NCBI GenBank assembly: GCA_963783305.1
Contig: CAWAMW010000016.1
Coordinates: 608,001-672,000, forward strand
Direction: 5' to 3'
DNA length: 64,000 bases
Source of the DNA: an uncultured Gemmatimonadales bacterium
Lineage (GTDB): Bacteria > Gemmatimonadota > Gemmatimonadetes > Longimicrobiales > RSA9
This document shows positions 38,609-47,553 of the stretch, one piece after another. Position 1 is the first letter of the stretch; each line of letters opens with the position of its first letter. Made by a program: the position numbers and the translations under genes. A model generated the notes under the pieces. The model did not search any database, was not told the DNA's origin, and was given only the letters and a program-made list of their open reading frames with translations.

Positions 38609-38826
38609 CCGAGGCGCGAATCGAGGCGGTGCGTGCGCTCCTCGAGGGCGCGGGTATGGAGGGTGAAGTGAGCACGGCGGGGACCGGGGGCGAGATCGCG
38701 GCCGTCCGGGGCGATGTCGCGCTGCGGGAGGGGCTGGCGCGACTTGCGCCGGAGATCCGCTCCCTCGGCTTCCGCTATGTGGCGCTGGAGCCGAGGGACG
38801 CGAACCACGACAACGAGGATTCATGA
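38605..38826 (+). CDS. small protein resembling the LarE C-terminal domain
   Basis: Start and stop overlaps on both sides (GTGA, ATGA); LAPEIRSLGFRYVALE parallels LarE VASSIRGLGFERVLLD. Confidence 0.75.
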   Translation: MTEARIEAVRALLEGAGMEGEVSTAGTGGEIAAVRGDVALREGLARLAPEIRSLGFRYVALEPRDANHDNEDS

Positions 38827-39416
38827 GACTGTTCATCGCCATCAATTTCACCGCGAAGGACCGGCAGCGGATCTACAGCGCAGCCCGGAAGATGCGGGAG
38901 GCGGAGCTGCCCGTGCGGTGGGTCGATCCGGACCAGCTGCACCTCACGCTGAAGTTCCTGGGCGAGGTCCGGCCGGAGCGGGCGGCCCGGGTGAAGGAAG
39001 CGGTGGCGAGGGTAGCGGAAAAGACGCAGCCGTTCGAGATGCTGCTGGGCGGCGCGGGCGCCTTCCCGACCATGCGGCGGCCGAAGGTGGTGTGGCTGGG
39101 AGTGGAGGCCTCGGCGGAGCTGCGTTGTCTTAAGCACGACCTGGAGTGGGAGCTGGCGCCCCTGGGATTCGAGCGCGAGGTGCGCGCGTTCCATCCGCAC
39201 GTCACACTGGGCCGGGCAACGAATGAGTCGCGGGCGGGAGACTTCCGCGACTTCGAGACGCTGGTGAACGACATGTCGTTCCAGCGGTCGGTAACCGTAC
39301 GGACCGTGGACGTGATGGAGAGCCACCTGTCCTCCAAGGGGGCGCGCTACGACAAGGAGCTCTCAGCGAAGCTCGGGCGGGACGCGAGCGCGATCATGTC
39401 GAAAGTCGCGCGCTGA
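38823..39416 (+). CDS. thpR: RNA 2',3'-cyclic phosphodiesterase (2H family)
   Basis: MRLFIAI, two HxT motifs (LHLTLKFLG; FHPHVTLGR), P.VVWLGV. Confidence 0.95.
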   Translation: MRLFIAINFTAKDRQRIYSAARKMREAELPVRWVDPDQLHLTLKFLGEVRPERAARVKEAVARVAEKTQPFEMLLGGAGAFPTMRRPKVVWLGVEASAELRCLKHDLEWELAPLGFEREVRAFHPHVTLGRATNESRAGDFRDFETLVNDMSFQRSVTVRTVDVMESHLSSKGARYDKELSAKLGRDASAIMSKVAR

Positions 39417-39418
39417 GC

Positions 39419-40069
39419 ATGGGCCGCTTCGTCGGGGGCTGCCTCGGTCGGGTGGTGGCGCTGGCGATCCTGGTCGTGGCGGTGGCCTTCGCGTGGCTCA
39501 ACCGCCACGAGCTGACCGACGTCTGGCAGCGGTGGACCGGGGGCGAGCCGCTGGCGACGCAGGCGCTGGCCGCACAGGCGGACGAAAAGCTGGCGTCCCT
39601 CAGCGCGGACGACGACGTGTGGCGCGTGGCGCTCCACCAGGACGAGCTTCAGAGCCTGATCGTCTACCGCTGGGCCCCCTTCCTTCCCGCGGATGTCGCC
39701 GATCCGCGGGTCTCGGTGTCGGACGGCCGCCTCACGCTCGAGGGCGGTGTAGCCACCGCGCGCTTCGGGCGGATCAAGGAGCTGCAGGACATCGTGGCGT
39801 TCCTCCCGGACACGGCGTCGCTTCGGGCGGTGGCGTCGTTTGTGCCGCTGGACAGCGGCCGGGTGGCGCTGGAAGTGCACGAGCTCTCGGCTGCGGGGAT
39901 CCCGATCCCGGGTGCGCTGATCCCGACAATCCTGAGTCGGTTCCGCGGTGCGGCCGCGCCGGGGGTGGCGCCGAACGCGCTGGCGGTGCCTCTCCCGCCG
40001 GGTATCCGTGGCGCGTTCGTGAGCGGTGACTCGCTGGTGTTCCTGGCGAACGAGGATGGAGGCGCGTAG
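39419..40069 (+). CDS. membrane-anchored hypothetical protein
   Basis: N-terminal GCLGR plus TM helix; tightly packed in the operon (2 bp gaps). Confidence 0.8.
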   Translation: MGRFVGGCLGRVVALAILVVAVAFAWLNRHELTDVWQRWTGGEPLATQALAAQADEKLASLSADDDVWRVALHQDELQSLIVYRWAPFLPADVADPRVSVSDGRLTLEGGVATARFGRIKELQDIVAFLPDTASLRAVASFVPLDSGRVALEVHELSAAGIPIPGALIPTILSRFRGAAAPGVAPNALAVPLPPGIRGAFVSGDSLVFLANEDGGA

Positions 40070-40071
40070 AC

Positions 40072-41439
40072 ATGGCCCGCATCCTGGTGGTCGATGACGA
40101 GGAGGGTATCCGCCACGTCCTGCGCCAGGTCCTGGAGTACGAGGGCCACGAGGTGGAGACGGCGGAGGGCGGGGGCGAGGCGCTGACGAAGCACGAGGCG
40201 TTCAGCCCCGATCTCATGTTCCTCGACGTGAAGATGGCCCGTATGGACGGGCTGGAGGTCCTGGGCCGTATCCGCGAGCGGGACCCGGAGGCCGTGGTGG
40301 TCATGATAAGCGGCCACGGCTCGATCGAGACCGCCGTGGAGGCCACGCGCCGAGGAGCGTTCGACTTCCTGGAGAAGCCGCTGGACACCGACCGGATCCT
40401 GGTCACCATCCGCAATGCGCTCCAACACCGGGGTCTGGCACAGGAGGTGACGCGTCTCCGTGATGAGGTGGAGAGCCGCTATGAGATGGTGGGGCGGAGC
40501 TTCGCCATCCGCAGCGTGCTGGAGCGGATCGACAAGGTCGGGCCCACGGATGCGCGGGTGCTCATCACGGGGGAGAACGGCAGCGGCAAGGAGCTGGTGG
40601 CGCGCGCGCTCCACCGGGTCTCGCCACGCTCGGAGGCCCCATTCGTGGAGGTGAACTGCGCCGCCATTCCGGCGGAGCTCATCGAGAGCGAGCTGTTCGG
40701 TCACGTGCGCGGCGCCTTCACCGGAGCCCACACCGACCGGACCGGAAAATTCGAGCAGGCGGATGGCGGAACGCTGTTCCTGGACGAGATCGGCGACATG
40801 AGCCTGAGTGCGCAGGCCAAGGTGCTACGGACGCTCCAGGACGGAGTGGTGACCCGGGTGGGTGGCGAGAGGACCGTGCGAGTGGACGTGCGGGTGGTCG
40901 CTGCCACGAACAAGGAGTTGGAGAAGGAGATCTCGGAGGGTCGGTTCCGTGAGGACCTCTTTTTCCGACTGAACGTGGTGCCCCTCCATGTGCCCCCGCT
41001 GCGCGACCGGAGGGAGGACATCCCGATGCTGGTGCGTCACTTCTCGGAGCGTGCCATCCAGGAGCAGCGATTGCCGCCCCGTCGCCTTTCGGCCGAGGCC
41101 GTGGAGCGCCTCCAGGCCATGGACTGGCCGGGCAACGTGCGGGAGCTCAAAAACACGGTGGAGCGGCTGCTGATCCTGTCGCACGGTCCCGAGGTGGGGG
41201 GGCGTGAGGTCGAACGACTGGTGGGCGCGCCGCAGGACGCGGGCCTTCCGGCGGATCTCATGGGTGCGGCGAGCTTCGCCGATTTCAAGGACCGGGCGGA
41301 GCGCGGCTATATCCTCGGCAAGCTCAGGGAGAACGACTGGAACGTGAGCGAGACCGCGCGCTCGATCGACATGCCGCGGTCGAACCTGTACAAGAAGATC
41401 GAGAAGTACGGTCTGGTCCGGGAGGACTCGGGGGAATGA
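40072..41439 (+). CDS. sigma-54-dependent response regulator (NtrC/NtrX-like)
   Basis: Receiver (VVDDE, LDVKM), [38 protein letters not shown], Fis-type HTH. Confidence 0.96.
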   Translation: MARILVVDDEEGIRHVLRQVLEYEGHEVETAEGGGEALTKHEAFSPDLMFLDVKMARMDGLEVLGRIRERDPEAVVVMISGHGSIETAVEATRRGAFDFLEKPLDTDRILVTIRNALQHRGLAQEVTRLRDEVESRYEMVGRSFAIRSVLERIDKVGPTDARVLITGENGSGKELVARALHRVSPRSEAPFVEVNCAAIPAELIESELFGHVRGAFTGAHTDRTGKFEQADGGTLFLDEIGDMSLSAQAKVLRTLQDGVVTRVGGERTVRVDVRVVAATNKELEKEISEGRFREDLFFRLNVVPLHVPPLRDRREDIPMLVRHFSERAIQEQRLPPRRLSAEAVERLQAMDWPGNVRELKNTVERLLILSHGPEVGGREVERLVGAPQDAGLPADLMGAASFADFKDRAERGYILGKLRENDWNVSETARSIDMPRSNLYKKIEKYGLVREDSGE

Positions 41440-41624
41440 GCCGCACGACCGCCCTGATGGTACTGGTGGCGGTGTGGCTCGGAACGTCCGCGGCGGGCGG
41501 CGCACTGCTGGCACGACTGGCGAAGCGGATCCACCCATCGCTCAACTATCACCGGCTCTGGCTGGTGTACACCGGCCTTCTGGCGTTCACGGTGGCCGCG
41601 GTGATGATCATCGCGTGGTGGTGA
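41436..41624 (+). CDS. small two-TM membrane protein
   Basis: ATGA overlap with the regulator; two hydrophobic helices. Confidence 0.65.
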   Translation: MSRTTALMVLVAVWLGTSAAGGALLARLAKRIHPSLNYHRLWLVYTGLLAFTVAAVMIIAWW

Positions 41625-41713
41625 GGTCGCGGCACCTTGCCGCCGACCGCGCTCGACGGCACGTTGGTCGGGTTGATCATCGAGGCACAAGCGAATCGAA
41701 CCTGGAGGCATAC

Positions 41714-43207
41714 ATGGCGGAGAATTTCAAGAACTACATCGCGGGCGAGTGGGTCGCGCCGGTCACGGGCGAGTACAGCGAGAACCGGAACCCGGCGCGG
41801 TGGGACGAAGTGCTGGGCCGCTTCCCGTCGTCGGGCGCCGAAGATGTGGAGAAGGCGGTGGAGTCGGCGAAGCGCGGGTTCGCCGCATGGCGCAAGGTGC
41901 CCGCGCCGCAGCGGGGTGATGTGCTCCGTCGCGTGGGCGACCTGATGGCCGCGCGGAAGCGGGAGATCGCCGAGGCCATGACCCGGGAGATGGGGAAGGT
42001 GCTGGACGAGACGGAGGGCGACGTCCAGGAGGGGATCGACACGGCCTATTATGCCGCGACCGAGGGGCGGCGGCTGTTCGGCCATACGGTGCCGAGCGAG
42101 CTCCGGGACAAGTGGGCCATGACGTACCGCCGGCCCATCGGCGTGTGCGGCATCATCACCCCGTTCAACTTCCCGATGGCGATTCCGACGTGGAAGATCT
42201 TCCCCGCGCTGGTGTCCGGGAACGCGGTGGTCTTCAAGCCGGCCCACGACGTGCCGCACACCGCCACGCTGCTGGTGGAGATCCTGCTGGAGGCAGGGGT
42301 GCACCCGGAGGCGGTGCAGCTGGTGCACGGCGGCGGGAGCAAGGTGGGGAACGTGATCGTGGAGCACCCGGAGGTGTCCGTGATCTCCTTCACCGGCTCG
42401 ACGGGCGTGGGATCGACCATCGGTGAGACGTGCGGCCGGATGCACAAGCGGCTGTCGCTGGAGATGGGCGGCAAGAACGCACAGATCGTCATGCCCGACG
42501 CCGATATGGAGCTGGCGCTCGAGGGAGTGCTCTGGGGCGCCTTCGGCACCACGGGGCAGCGCTGCACGGCCACGAGCCGGCTCCTGCTCCACGAGGACAT
42601 CCACGACGCGTTCGTCGAGCGGCTGGTGGAGCGGGTCCAGGCGCTCAAGCTGGGCGACGGTCTGCTGGACGACACCGATGTGGGGCCGATGATCCACGAG
42701 AAGGCGCTGCAGAACGCGGCCGAGTACGTGGAGATCGCGCGCTCGGAAGGGAGCGAGGTTCGGGTCGGCGGGAAGCGCGCCACGGGTGGCGACGTCGAGG
42801 GTGGCTGGTTCTTCGAGCCGACGGTCCTCACGGGAGTGGAGCCCGGGTCGCGCCTGGCCTGTGAGGAGATCTTCGGACCGGTCCTGAGCGTGATCAAGTT
42901 CAGCGACCTGGAGGAGGCGATCCGGATCAACAACGAGGTGGAGTACGGGCTGTCGAGCTCCATCTACACGAAAGACGTCCGGAGCAGCTTCGTCGCGATG
43001 CAGGAGCTGGACAACGGGATCACGTACGTGAACGCGCCGACCATCGGTGCCGAGGCGCACCTGCCGTTCGGTGGAGTGAAGCAGACCGGTAACGGTCACC
43101 GCGAGGGCGGCTGGGAGGTGTACGAGTTCTACACGGAGACCAAGGTGGTGTACGTGGATTATTCCGGTCGGCTCCAGCGCGCGCAGATCGACACCTACGA
43201 CATCTGA
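41714..43207 (+). CDS. aldehyde dehydrogenase family protein
   Basis: GGAGG RBS; ITPFNFP, FTGS, LEMGGKN, GQRCT catalytic Cys, EEIFGP, PFGGVK. Confidence 0.95.
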   Translation: MAENFKNYIAGEWVAPVTGEYSENRNPARWDEVLGRFPSSGAEDVEKAVESAKRGFAAWRKVPAPQRGDVLRRVGDLMAARKREIAEAMTREMGKVLDETEGDVQEGIDTAYYAATEGRRLFGHTVPSELRDKWAMTYRRPIGVCGIITPFNFPMAIPTWKIFPALVSGNAVVFKPAHDVPHTATLLVEILLEAGVHPEAVQLVHGGGSKVGNVIVEHPEVSVISFTGSTGVGSTIGETCGRMHKRLSLEMGGKNAQIVMPDADMELALEGVLWGAFGTTGQRCTATSRLLLHEDIHDAFVERLVERVQALKLGDGLLDDTDVGPMIHEKALQNAAEYVEIARSEGSEVRVGGKRATGGDVEGGWFFEPTVLTGVEPGSRLACEEIFGPVLSVIKFSDLEEAIRINNEVEYGLSSSIYTKDVRSSFVAMQELDNGITYVNAPTIGAEAHLPFGGVKQTGNGHREGGWEVYEFYTETKVVYVDYSGRLQRAQIDTYDI

Positions 43208-43230
43208 GGTGATGTCGGGCGGGAGGCATG

Positions 43231-43258
43231 GGGGAGGTCCTGTCAGGGCCTCCCCTTT
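43231..43258 (+). terminator. probable intrinsic terminator after the ALDH gene
   Basis: GGGGAGGTCCT-GTC-AGGGCCTCCCC stem followed by TTT. Confidence 0.55.
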
Positions 43259-43525
43259 CCCGTACCTGGAGGGTTTCGTTGAAGCGTTCGAACGTTCGCA
43301 GCGGCCACATGCGCCCAGTGCGTGCAGTGCGAACTACGCAGCCCGGTCCTGGTCCCGAGGCTCGGGGTCGGCGCGGGGACTGGTGGTGCGTGGCGGCCGT
43401 CGCTATCATCCTAGAGCGTGCCTGGAGCCCCACACTCCCGTCGGCGCGCTACACGATCCTCGCTCACCCGATCCACGTTCGCAGTGACCGAAGCAGAGCG
43501 CCCCGAGGATTCACACCAGGAGCCG

Positions 43526-44245
43526 ATGCGGCCCAACGGTCCGGGAGTGTCGCGGAGAATCTCCTCCGCGGCTCGCTGGACGTGGGAGTGGCTGAAGTCC
43601 CTCACCATAGCGGTTGCGCTTTTTCTGTTGATCCGGTCGTTTGCGGTAGAGGCGTTCCGGATCCCCACGGCGAGCATGGAGCGGACGCTCCTGGTGGGCG
43701 ACTTCCTCCTGGTGAACAAGGCGGCGTACGGCGCGCAGGTCCCCGGCACCGCCATGCGCCTCCCCGCCATGGGGCGGCCGGAGCGGGGGGACGTGGTGGT
43801 GTTCACTCCGCCCCATGAGCCCACGAAGAACTACGTAAAGCGTCTGGTCGGGCTGCCGGGAGACACGTTGAGCATGCGGGACAAGGTGCTGTTCAGAAAC
43901 GGGGGGATCGTATATGAACCGTACGCCCAGCACGATGATCCCATGGATGTGTACGATCCGCGCATGCGCTGGCAGGTCGAGTATCTCGTGGCGGTCCCCG
44001 GCCGGAGGGAGTATCGGCCCACGCGCGACAACTGGGGTCCGATCGTCGTGCCCGAGCACAGCTATTTCGTGCTCGGCGACAACCGGGACGACTCTGAGGA
44101 TTCGAGGTACTGGGGCCTGGTCGGCGATACGACACTGAAGGGGAAGCCACTCTTCGTGTATTATTCATTCGAGCCCCGGCCCCTGAGCCAAGCGCCGTGG
44201 ATCACGGATATTCGTTGGGGTCGCATCGGCGGGGCCATCGAGTAG
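43526..44245 (+). CDS. lepB: signal peptidase I
   Basis: AFRIPTASMERTLLVGD (Ser), NYVKRLVGLPGD (Lys), GDNRDDSEDSRYWG; CAGGAG RBS; GTG 43484 is an alternative start. Confidence 0.93.
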   Translation: MRPNGPGVSRRISSAARWTWEWLKSLTIAVALFLLIRSFAVEAFRIPTASMERTLLVGDFLLVNKAAYGAQVPGTAMRLPAMGRPERGDVVVFTPPHEPTKNYVKRLVGLPGDTLSMRDKVLFRNGGIVYEPYAQHDDPMDVYDPRMRWQVEYLVAVPGRREYRPTRDNWGPIVVPEHSYFVLGDNRDDSEDSRYWGLVGDTTLKGKPLFVYYSFEPRPLSQAPWITDIRWGRIGGAIE

Positions 44246-44367
44246 AGCGGGCGGCGGGAGGCCGTCAAGGATGCAGTTGCGGAGCCAACGGCGCCTGCGG
44301 GCGCCTGCTCATAGATATACCGGCACGGCCGGAACGAGTCCCCACACGTCCCCGGTGGGAGCGCCGC

Positions 44368-45228
44368 ATGAGCTTCACGAGCACGCGTAAGGGCAGGTAC
44401 AACGACAGTTCGCTCGACCAGTATCTGAAGGAGATCAGCGTCTATCCGCTGCTCAAGCGGGAGGACGAGGTCGAGCTGGCACAAGGGATTCGCAAGGGCG
44501 ATGAGGAAGCGCTCGACAAGCTGGTACGGTCCAACCTCCGGTTCGTCGTCTCCGTGGCCAAGAAGTACCAGAACCAGGGAGTCGCCCTCTCCGATCTCAT
44601 CAACGAGGGGAACGTCGGTCTGATTCGGGCCGCCCACAAGTTCGATGAGACGAAGGGGATCAAGTTCATCTCCTACGCCGTCTGGTGGATCCGGCAGGCG
44701 ATCCTGCAGGCTCTGGCGGAGCAGAGCCGGATCGTGCGGGTCCCGCTGAATCGAGCGGGTGCGCTGCACCGGATCGGCAAGAGGTCGGCGGCCATGCTCC
44801 AGGAGCTGGGACGAGAGCCAACGGTGGAGGAGCTGGCGGATGAGCTGGATCTGTCGGAGGACGAGGTCCGCCGTACACTCTCGCTGTCGCAGACCCACCT
44901 ATCGCTGGACGCGCCGCTCACTCCCGGCGAGGACAACCGTCTGCTCGACTACCTCCCCGACCAGTTCGCCGCCGGCCCGGATGGCGAGACCTACGACCGC
45001 GCCCTGCTGAACACCGTCGAGGAGGCGCTGGGCACGCTCAAGGAGAGAGAAGCGAAGATCCTCCGGCTCTACTTCGGCCTCGACAGTCAGGAGCCGATGA
45101 CGCTGGAGCAGATCGGATCCATTCTCGGCATCACCCGCGAGCGCGTCCGCCAGATCAAGGAAAAGGCGCTGCTCCGACTCCGGCACGCCAGCCGCGCGCG
45201 CTTCCTGGAGACCTTCACGAACCTGTAG
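44368..45228 (+). CDS. rpoD: RNA polymerase sigma-70 factor, RpoD/SigA family, lacking region 1.1
   Basis: SLDQYLKEI, SNLRFVVSVAKKY, DLINEGN.GL, KFISYAVWWIRQAI, TLEQIG...ITRERVRQI. Confidence 0.9.
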   Translation: MSFTSTRKGRYNDSSLDQYLKEISVYPLLKREDEVELAQGIRKGDEEALDKLVRSNLRFVVSVAKKYQNQGVALSDLINEGNVGLIRAAHKFDETKGIKFISYAVWWIRQAILQALAEQSRIVRVPLNRAGALHRIGKRSAAMLQELGREPTVEELADELDLSEDEVRRTLSLSQTHLSLDAPLTPGEDNRLLDYLPDQFAAGPDGETYDRALLNTVEEALGTLKEREAKILRLYFGLDSQEPMTLEQIGSILGITRERVRQIKEKALLRLRHASRARFLETFTNL

Positions 45229-45404
45229 CGCTGCGGCGACCGCCGTGCCGCCCGGCTTCCGGGCTCCTCGACGCGGCCACTCACGCACGCAGGCGCCCGT
45301 TCCGGTTACGCGTCGCGGGGGTGCATCGTTCGCGACGGGATCGCGTACGGATGGCGCCGTTCGCCGGTCGCGGGAGCGGCCGCCCGGCGCGCGCCCCGAG
45401 GCGG

Positions 45405-45433
45405 TTGACACGTCCGCGTGATGCCCCTATCCT
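45405..45433 (+). promoter_or_regulatory. sigma-70 promoter of rplM-rpsI
   Basis: TTGACA-17 bp-TATCCT. Confidence 0.75.
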
Positions 45434-45487
45434 TCAAAGCTGTTTCGCTTGGGCCGCGGCCATGACCGCGACAATGGGATTGAGTGA

Positions 45488-45916
45488 ATGAAGACGTATA
45501 CACCGAAGGCCACCGAGATTGAGCGCAAGTGGTGGATCGTCGATGCTGAGGACCGTGTCCTGGGCCGACTGTCCACAGAGATTGCGCGTGTGCTCCGTGG
45601 AAAGCACAAGCCGATGTACACGCCACACCTCGACACGGGGGACTATGTGGTGGTGGTGAACGCGGACAAGGTCCGGCTCACCGGCAACAAGGAAGAGCAG
45701 AAGACGTACTTCCGGCACAGCGGCTACATGGGGGGCGAGAAGCACATCCCGTTCAAGCGCATGCAGGCCGAGCACCCTGAGCGGGTGATCGAGCTTGCGG
45801 TGAAGGGGATGATGCCGAAGAACAACCTGGGTCGCCTGATGCTGAAGAAGCTGAAGGTGTACGCGGGGACGGAGCATCCGCACGAGGCGCAGCAGCCGGA
45901 GAAACTGGAGATCTGA
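45488..45916 (+). CDS. rplM: 50S ribosomal protein L13
   Basis: WWIVDA...[32 protein letters not shown]. Confidence 0.98.
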   Translation: MKTYTPKATEIERKWWIVDAEDRVLGRLSTEIARVLRGKHKPMYTPHLDTGDYVVVVNADKVRLTGNKEEQKTYFRHSGYMGGEKHIPFKRMQAEHPERVIELAVKGMMPKNNLGRLMLKKLKVYAGTEHPHEAQQPEKLEI

Positions 45917-46320
45917 TGGCGACGACAGCAGCGAAGCAGCAGTATCACGGGGTCGGCCGCCGCAAGACCAGCGTAGCGCGGGTGTACCTGCGTCCCGGTC
46001 GCGGCGAGTGGAAGATCAACGGCCGGGACATCGCGGAGTACTTCCCCCGCAACTCGCACCAGCAGCACGCGAGCGATCCACTGGGGGCCACGGAGAACGA
46101 GGGTCAGTGGGACGTGTACGTGGTGGTGAACGGGGGCGGCAAGACGGGTCAGGCGGGCGCGATCCGGCTGGGTCTCTCCCGTGCGCTTCTCGAGCTGGAC
46201 GAGGAGTACCGTGGCAAGCTGCGGGAGAAGGGCATGCTGACGCGTGACCCGCGCGAGGTCGAGCGGAAGAAGCCGGGTCGTCCGAAGGCCCGCAAGCGGT
46301 TCCAGTTCTCGAAGCGCTAA
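45916..46320 (+). CDS. rpsI: 30S ribosomal protein S9
   Basis: GRRKTSVARV, GGGKTGQAGAIR, ERKKPG..KARKRFQFSKR. Confidence 0.98.
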   Translation: MATTAAKQQYHGVGRRKTSVARVYLRPGRGEWKINGRDIAEYFPRNSHQQHASDPLGATENEGQWDVYVVVNGGGKTGQAGAIRLGLSRALLELDEEYRGKLREKGMLTRDPREVERKKPGRPKARKRFQFSKR

Positions 46321-46443
46321 TCGCCTTCGGCGCACACCGCCTCAAGCGAGGGGACCGCTCCGGGGGAGCGGTCCCCAACGTGGCAGGAAGAAGCAGCAGG
46401 ATGGCAGGCAGCACGGGGCGCCGGGTGGCGCGGTCGTGACTAT

Positions 46444-46524
46444 ACACACCGCCAGACGCAGAGGTGCCGGGGTCCCCAGGAGGGGCGGCATCGCGGATGA
46501 AGGCGGTGGAAGCTGAAAAACCCC
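46444..46524 (+). promoter_or_regulatory. rpsB (S2) 5' leader RNA
   Basis: CACCGCC/GGCGGTG outer stem, GGTGCCG/CGGCATC inner stem, GGGGT element complementary to ACCCC at 46520-46524, as in the E. coli rpsB leader. Confidence 0.75.
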
Positions 46525-46541
46525 GACACAAGAGAGATGGA

Positions 46542-47441
46542 ATGGCGGTAGCACCCGAGATTACTGAACTGCTCAAGGCCGGAGTCCATTTCGGCCACCA
46601 GAGCAGCCGCTGGAACCCGAAGATGCGGAAGTACATCTTCGCGGCCCGCAACGGCATCCACGTCATCGACCTCAAGAAGACGCACCAGCTCCTGCTGGAA
46701 GCGCAGGCGATGGTGAGCGAGACGGTGTCGGCGGGTAACAGAGTGCTGTTCGTGTGCACGAAGCGACAGCTGCGTGGCGTGGTGGAAGAGGAGGCGGAGC
46801 GCTGTGGCGCGTTCTTCGTCACGGAGCGCTGGCTGGGCGGCATGCTGACGAACTTCCAGACCATCAAAAAGCAGATTCATCGGCTGAAGGAGCTCGAGCG
46901 CGGGATCGAGGAAGGCGCCTACGAGTTCTACACGAAGAAGGAGCAGCTCCTGCTGGAGCGGGAGCGGATGAAGCTCAACAAGTACCTGGTGGGCGTGAAG
47001 GACATGGCGCGGTTGCCGGGTGCGATTTTCGTGGTGGACGCAAAGAAGGAAACGATCGCGCTCCGTGAGGCGAACAAGCTCGGTATCCCGATCGTGGCCA
47101 TCGCGGACACCAACGCGGATCCGGACATGATCGACTATCCGATCCCCGGAAACAATGACGCGATCCGGTCGGTCTCGGTGATCACGAAGGCGATTGCGGA
47201 CTCCATCGAGGCGGCGCGGAAGGCGATGCCGGAGGACATGGAGCGTGATGAGGGTGGCGTGACGTACTCCACGGAGCACGGCGCGCAGGAGGTCGAGGAG
47301 CGGAAGGACGCGCCGAAGCGGCCGAAGCGCCGGCCGAAGCGCCGTCGTCCGCGGCCGCAGGCGATTGCCCAGGTTCGTACGGGCGAGGAGCAGAGCTCGG
47401 ACGCGTCGGAGGACGCGAGCGGGTCGGACGAGGAGGAGTAG
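46542..47441 (+). CDS. rpsB: 30S ribosomal protein S2
   Basis: LLKAGVHFGH...WNPKM, RWLGGMLTNF.TI, IADTNADP, IPGNNDAIRS; long C-terminal tail. Confidence 0.98.
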   Translation: MAVAPEITELLKAGVHFGHQSSRWNPKMRKYIFAARNGIHVIDLKKTHQLLLEAQAMVSETVSAGNRVLFVCTKRQLRGVVEEEAERCGAFFVTERWLGGMLTNFQTIKKQIHRLKELERGIEEGAYEFYTKKEQLLLERERMKLNKYLVGVKDMARLPGAIFVVDAKKETIALREANKLGIPIVAIADTNADPDMIDYPIPGNNDAIRSVSVITKAIADSIEAARKAMPEDMERDEGGVTYSTEHGAQEVEERKDAPKRPKRRPKRRRPRPQAIAQVRTGEEQSSDASEDASGSDEEE

Positions 47442-47471
47442 CCGCGCACTGTGGCGTCAACGGAAGGACGT

Positions 47472-47520
47472 AAAAAGCGCCCCAGAGGTCGTGCAGCCGG
47501 CGACTCTGCGGCGCTTTTTT
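47472..47520 (+). terminator. terminator/attenuator-like hairpin between rpsB and tsf
   Basis: AAAAAGCGCC...GGCGCTTTTTT with internal CAGAG/CTCTG and GTCG/CGAC pairing. Confidence 0.65.
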
Positions 47521-47553
47521 CACGATAGTCAGCACCGAACAGGGGAACTGAAG

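Noticed and set aside
41625..41713. Sigma-54 promoter before the aldehyde dehydrogenase (GGCAC words)
   Set aside because: Neither CGGCACCTTG nor CGGCACGTTG has GC at the required GG-N10-GC spacing.
43259..43525. Possible sRNA or small ORF between the ALDH terminator and lepB
   Set aside because: No recognisable RNA motif. The ORFs here lack an RBS and typical codon bias; it is probably the lepB promoter/leader.
44368..45228. Short RpoD as a truncated pseudogene
   Set aside because: Regions 1.2 to 4.2 are intact, and sigma-70 factors without region 1.1 are normal in FCB-group bacteria.
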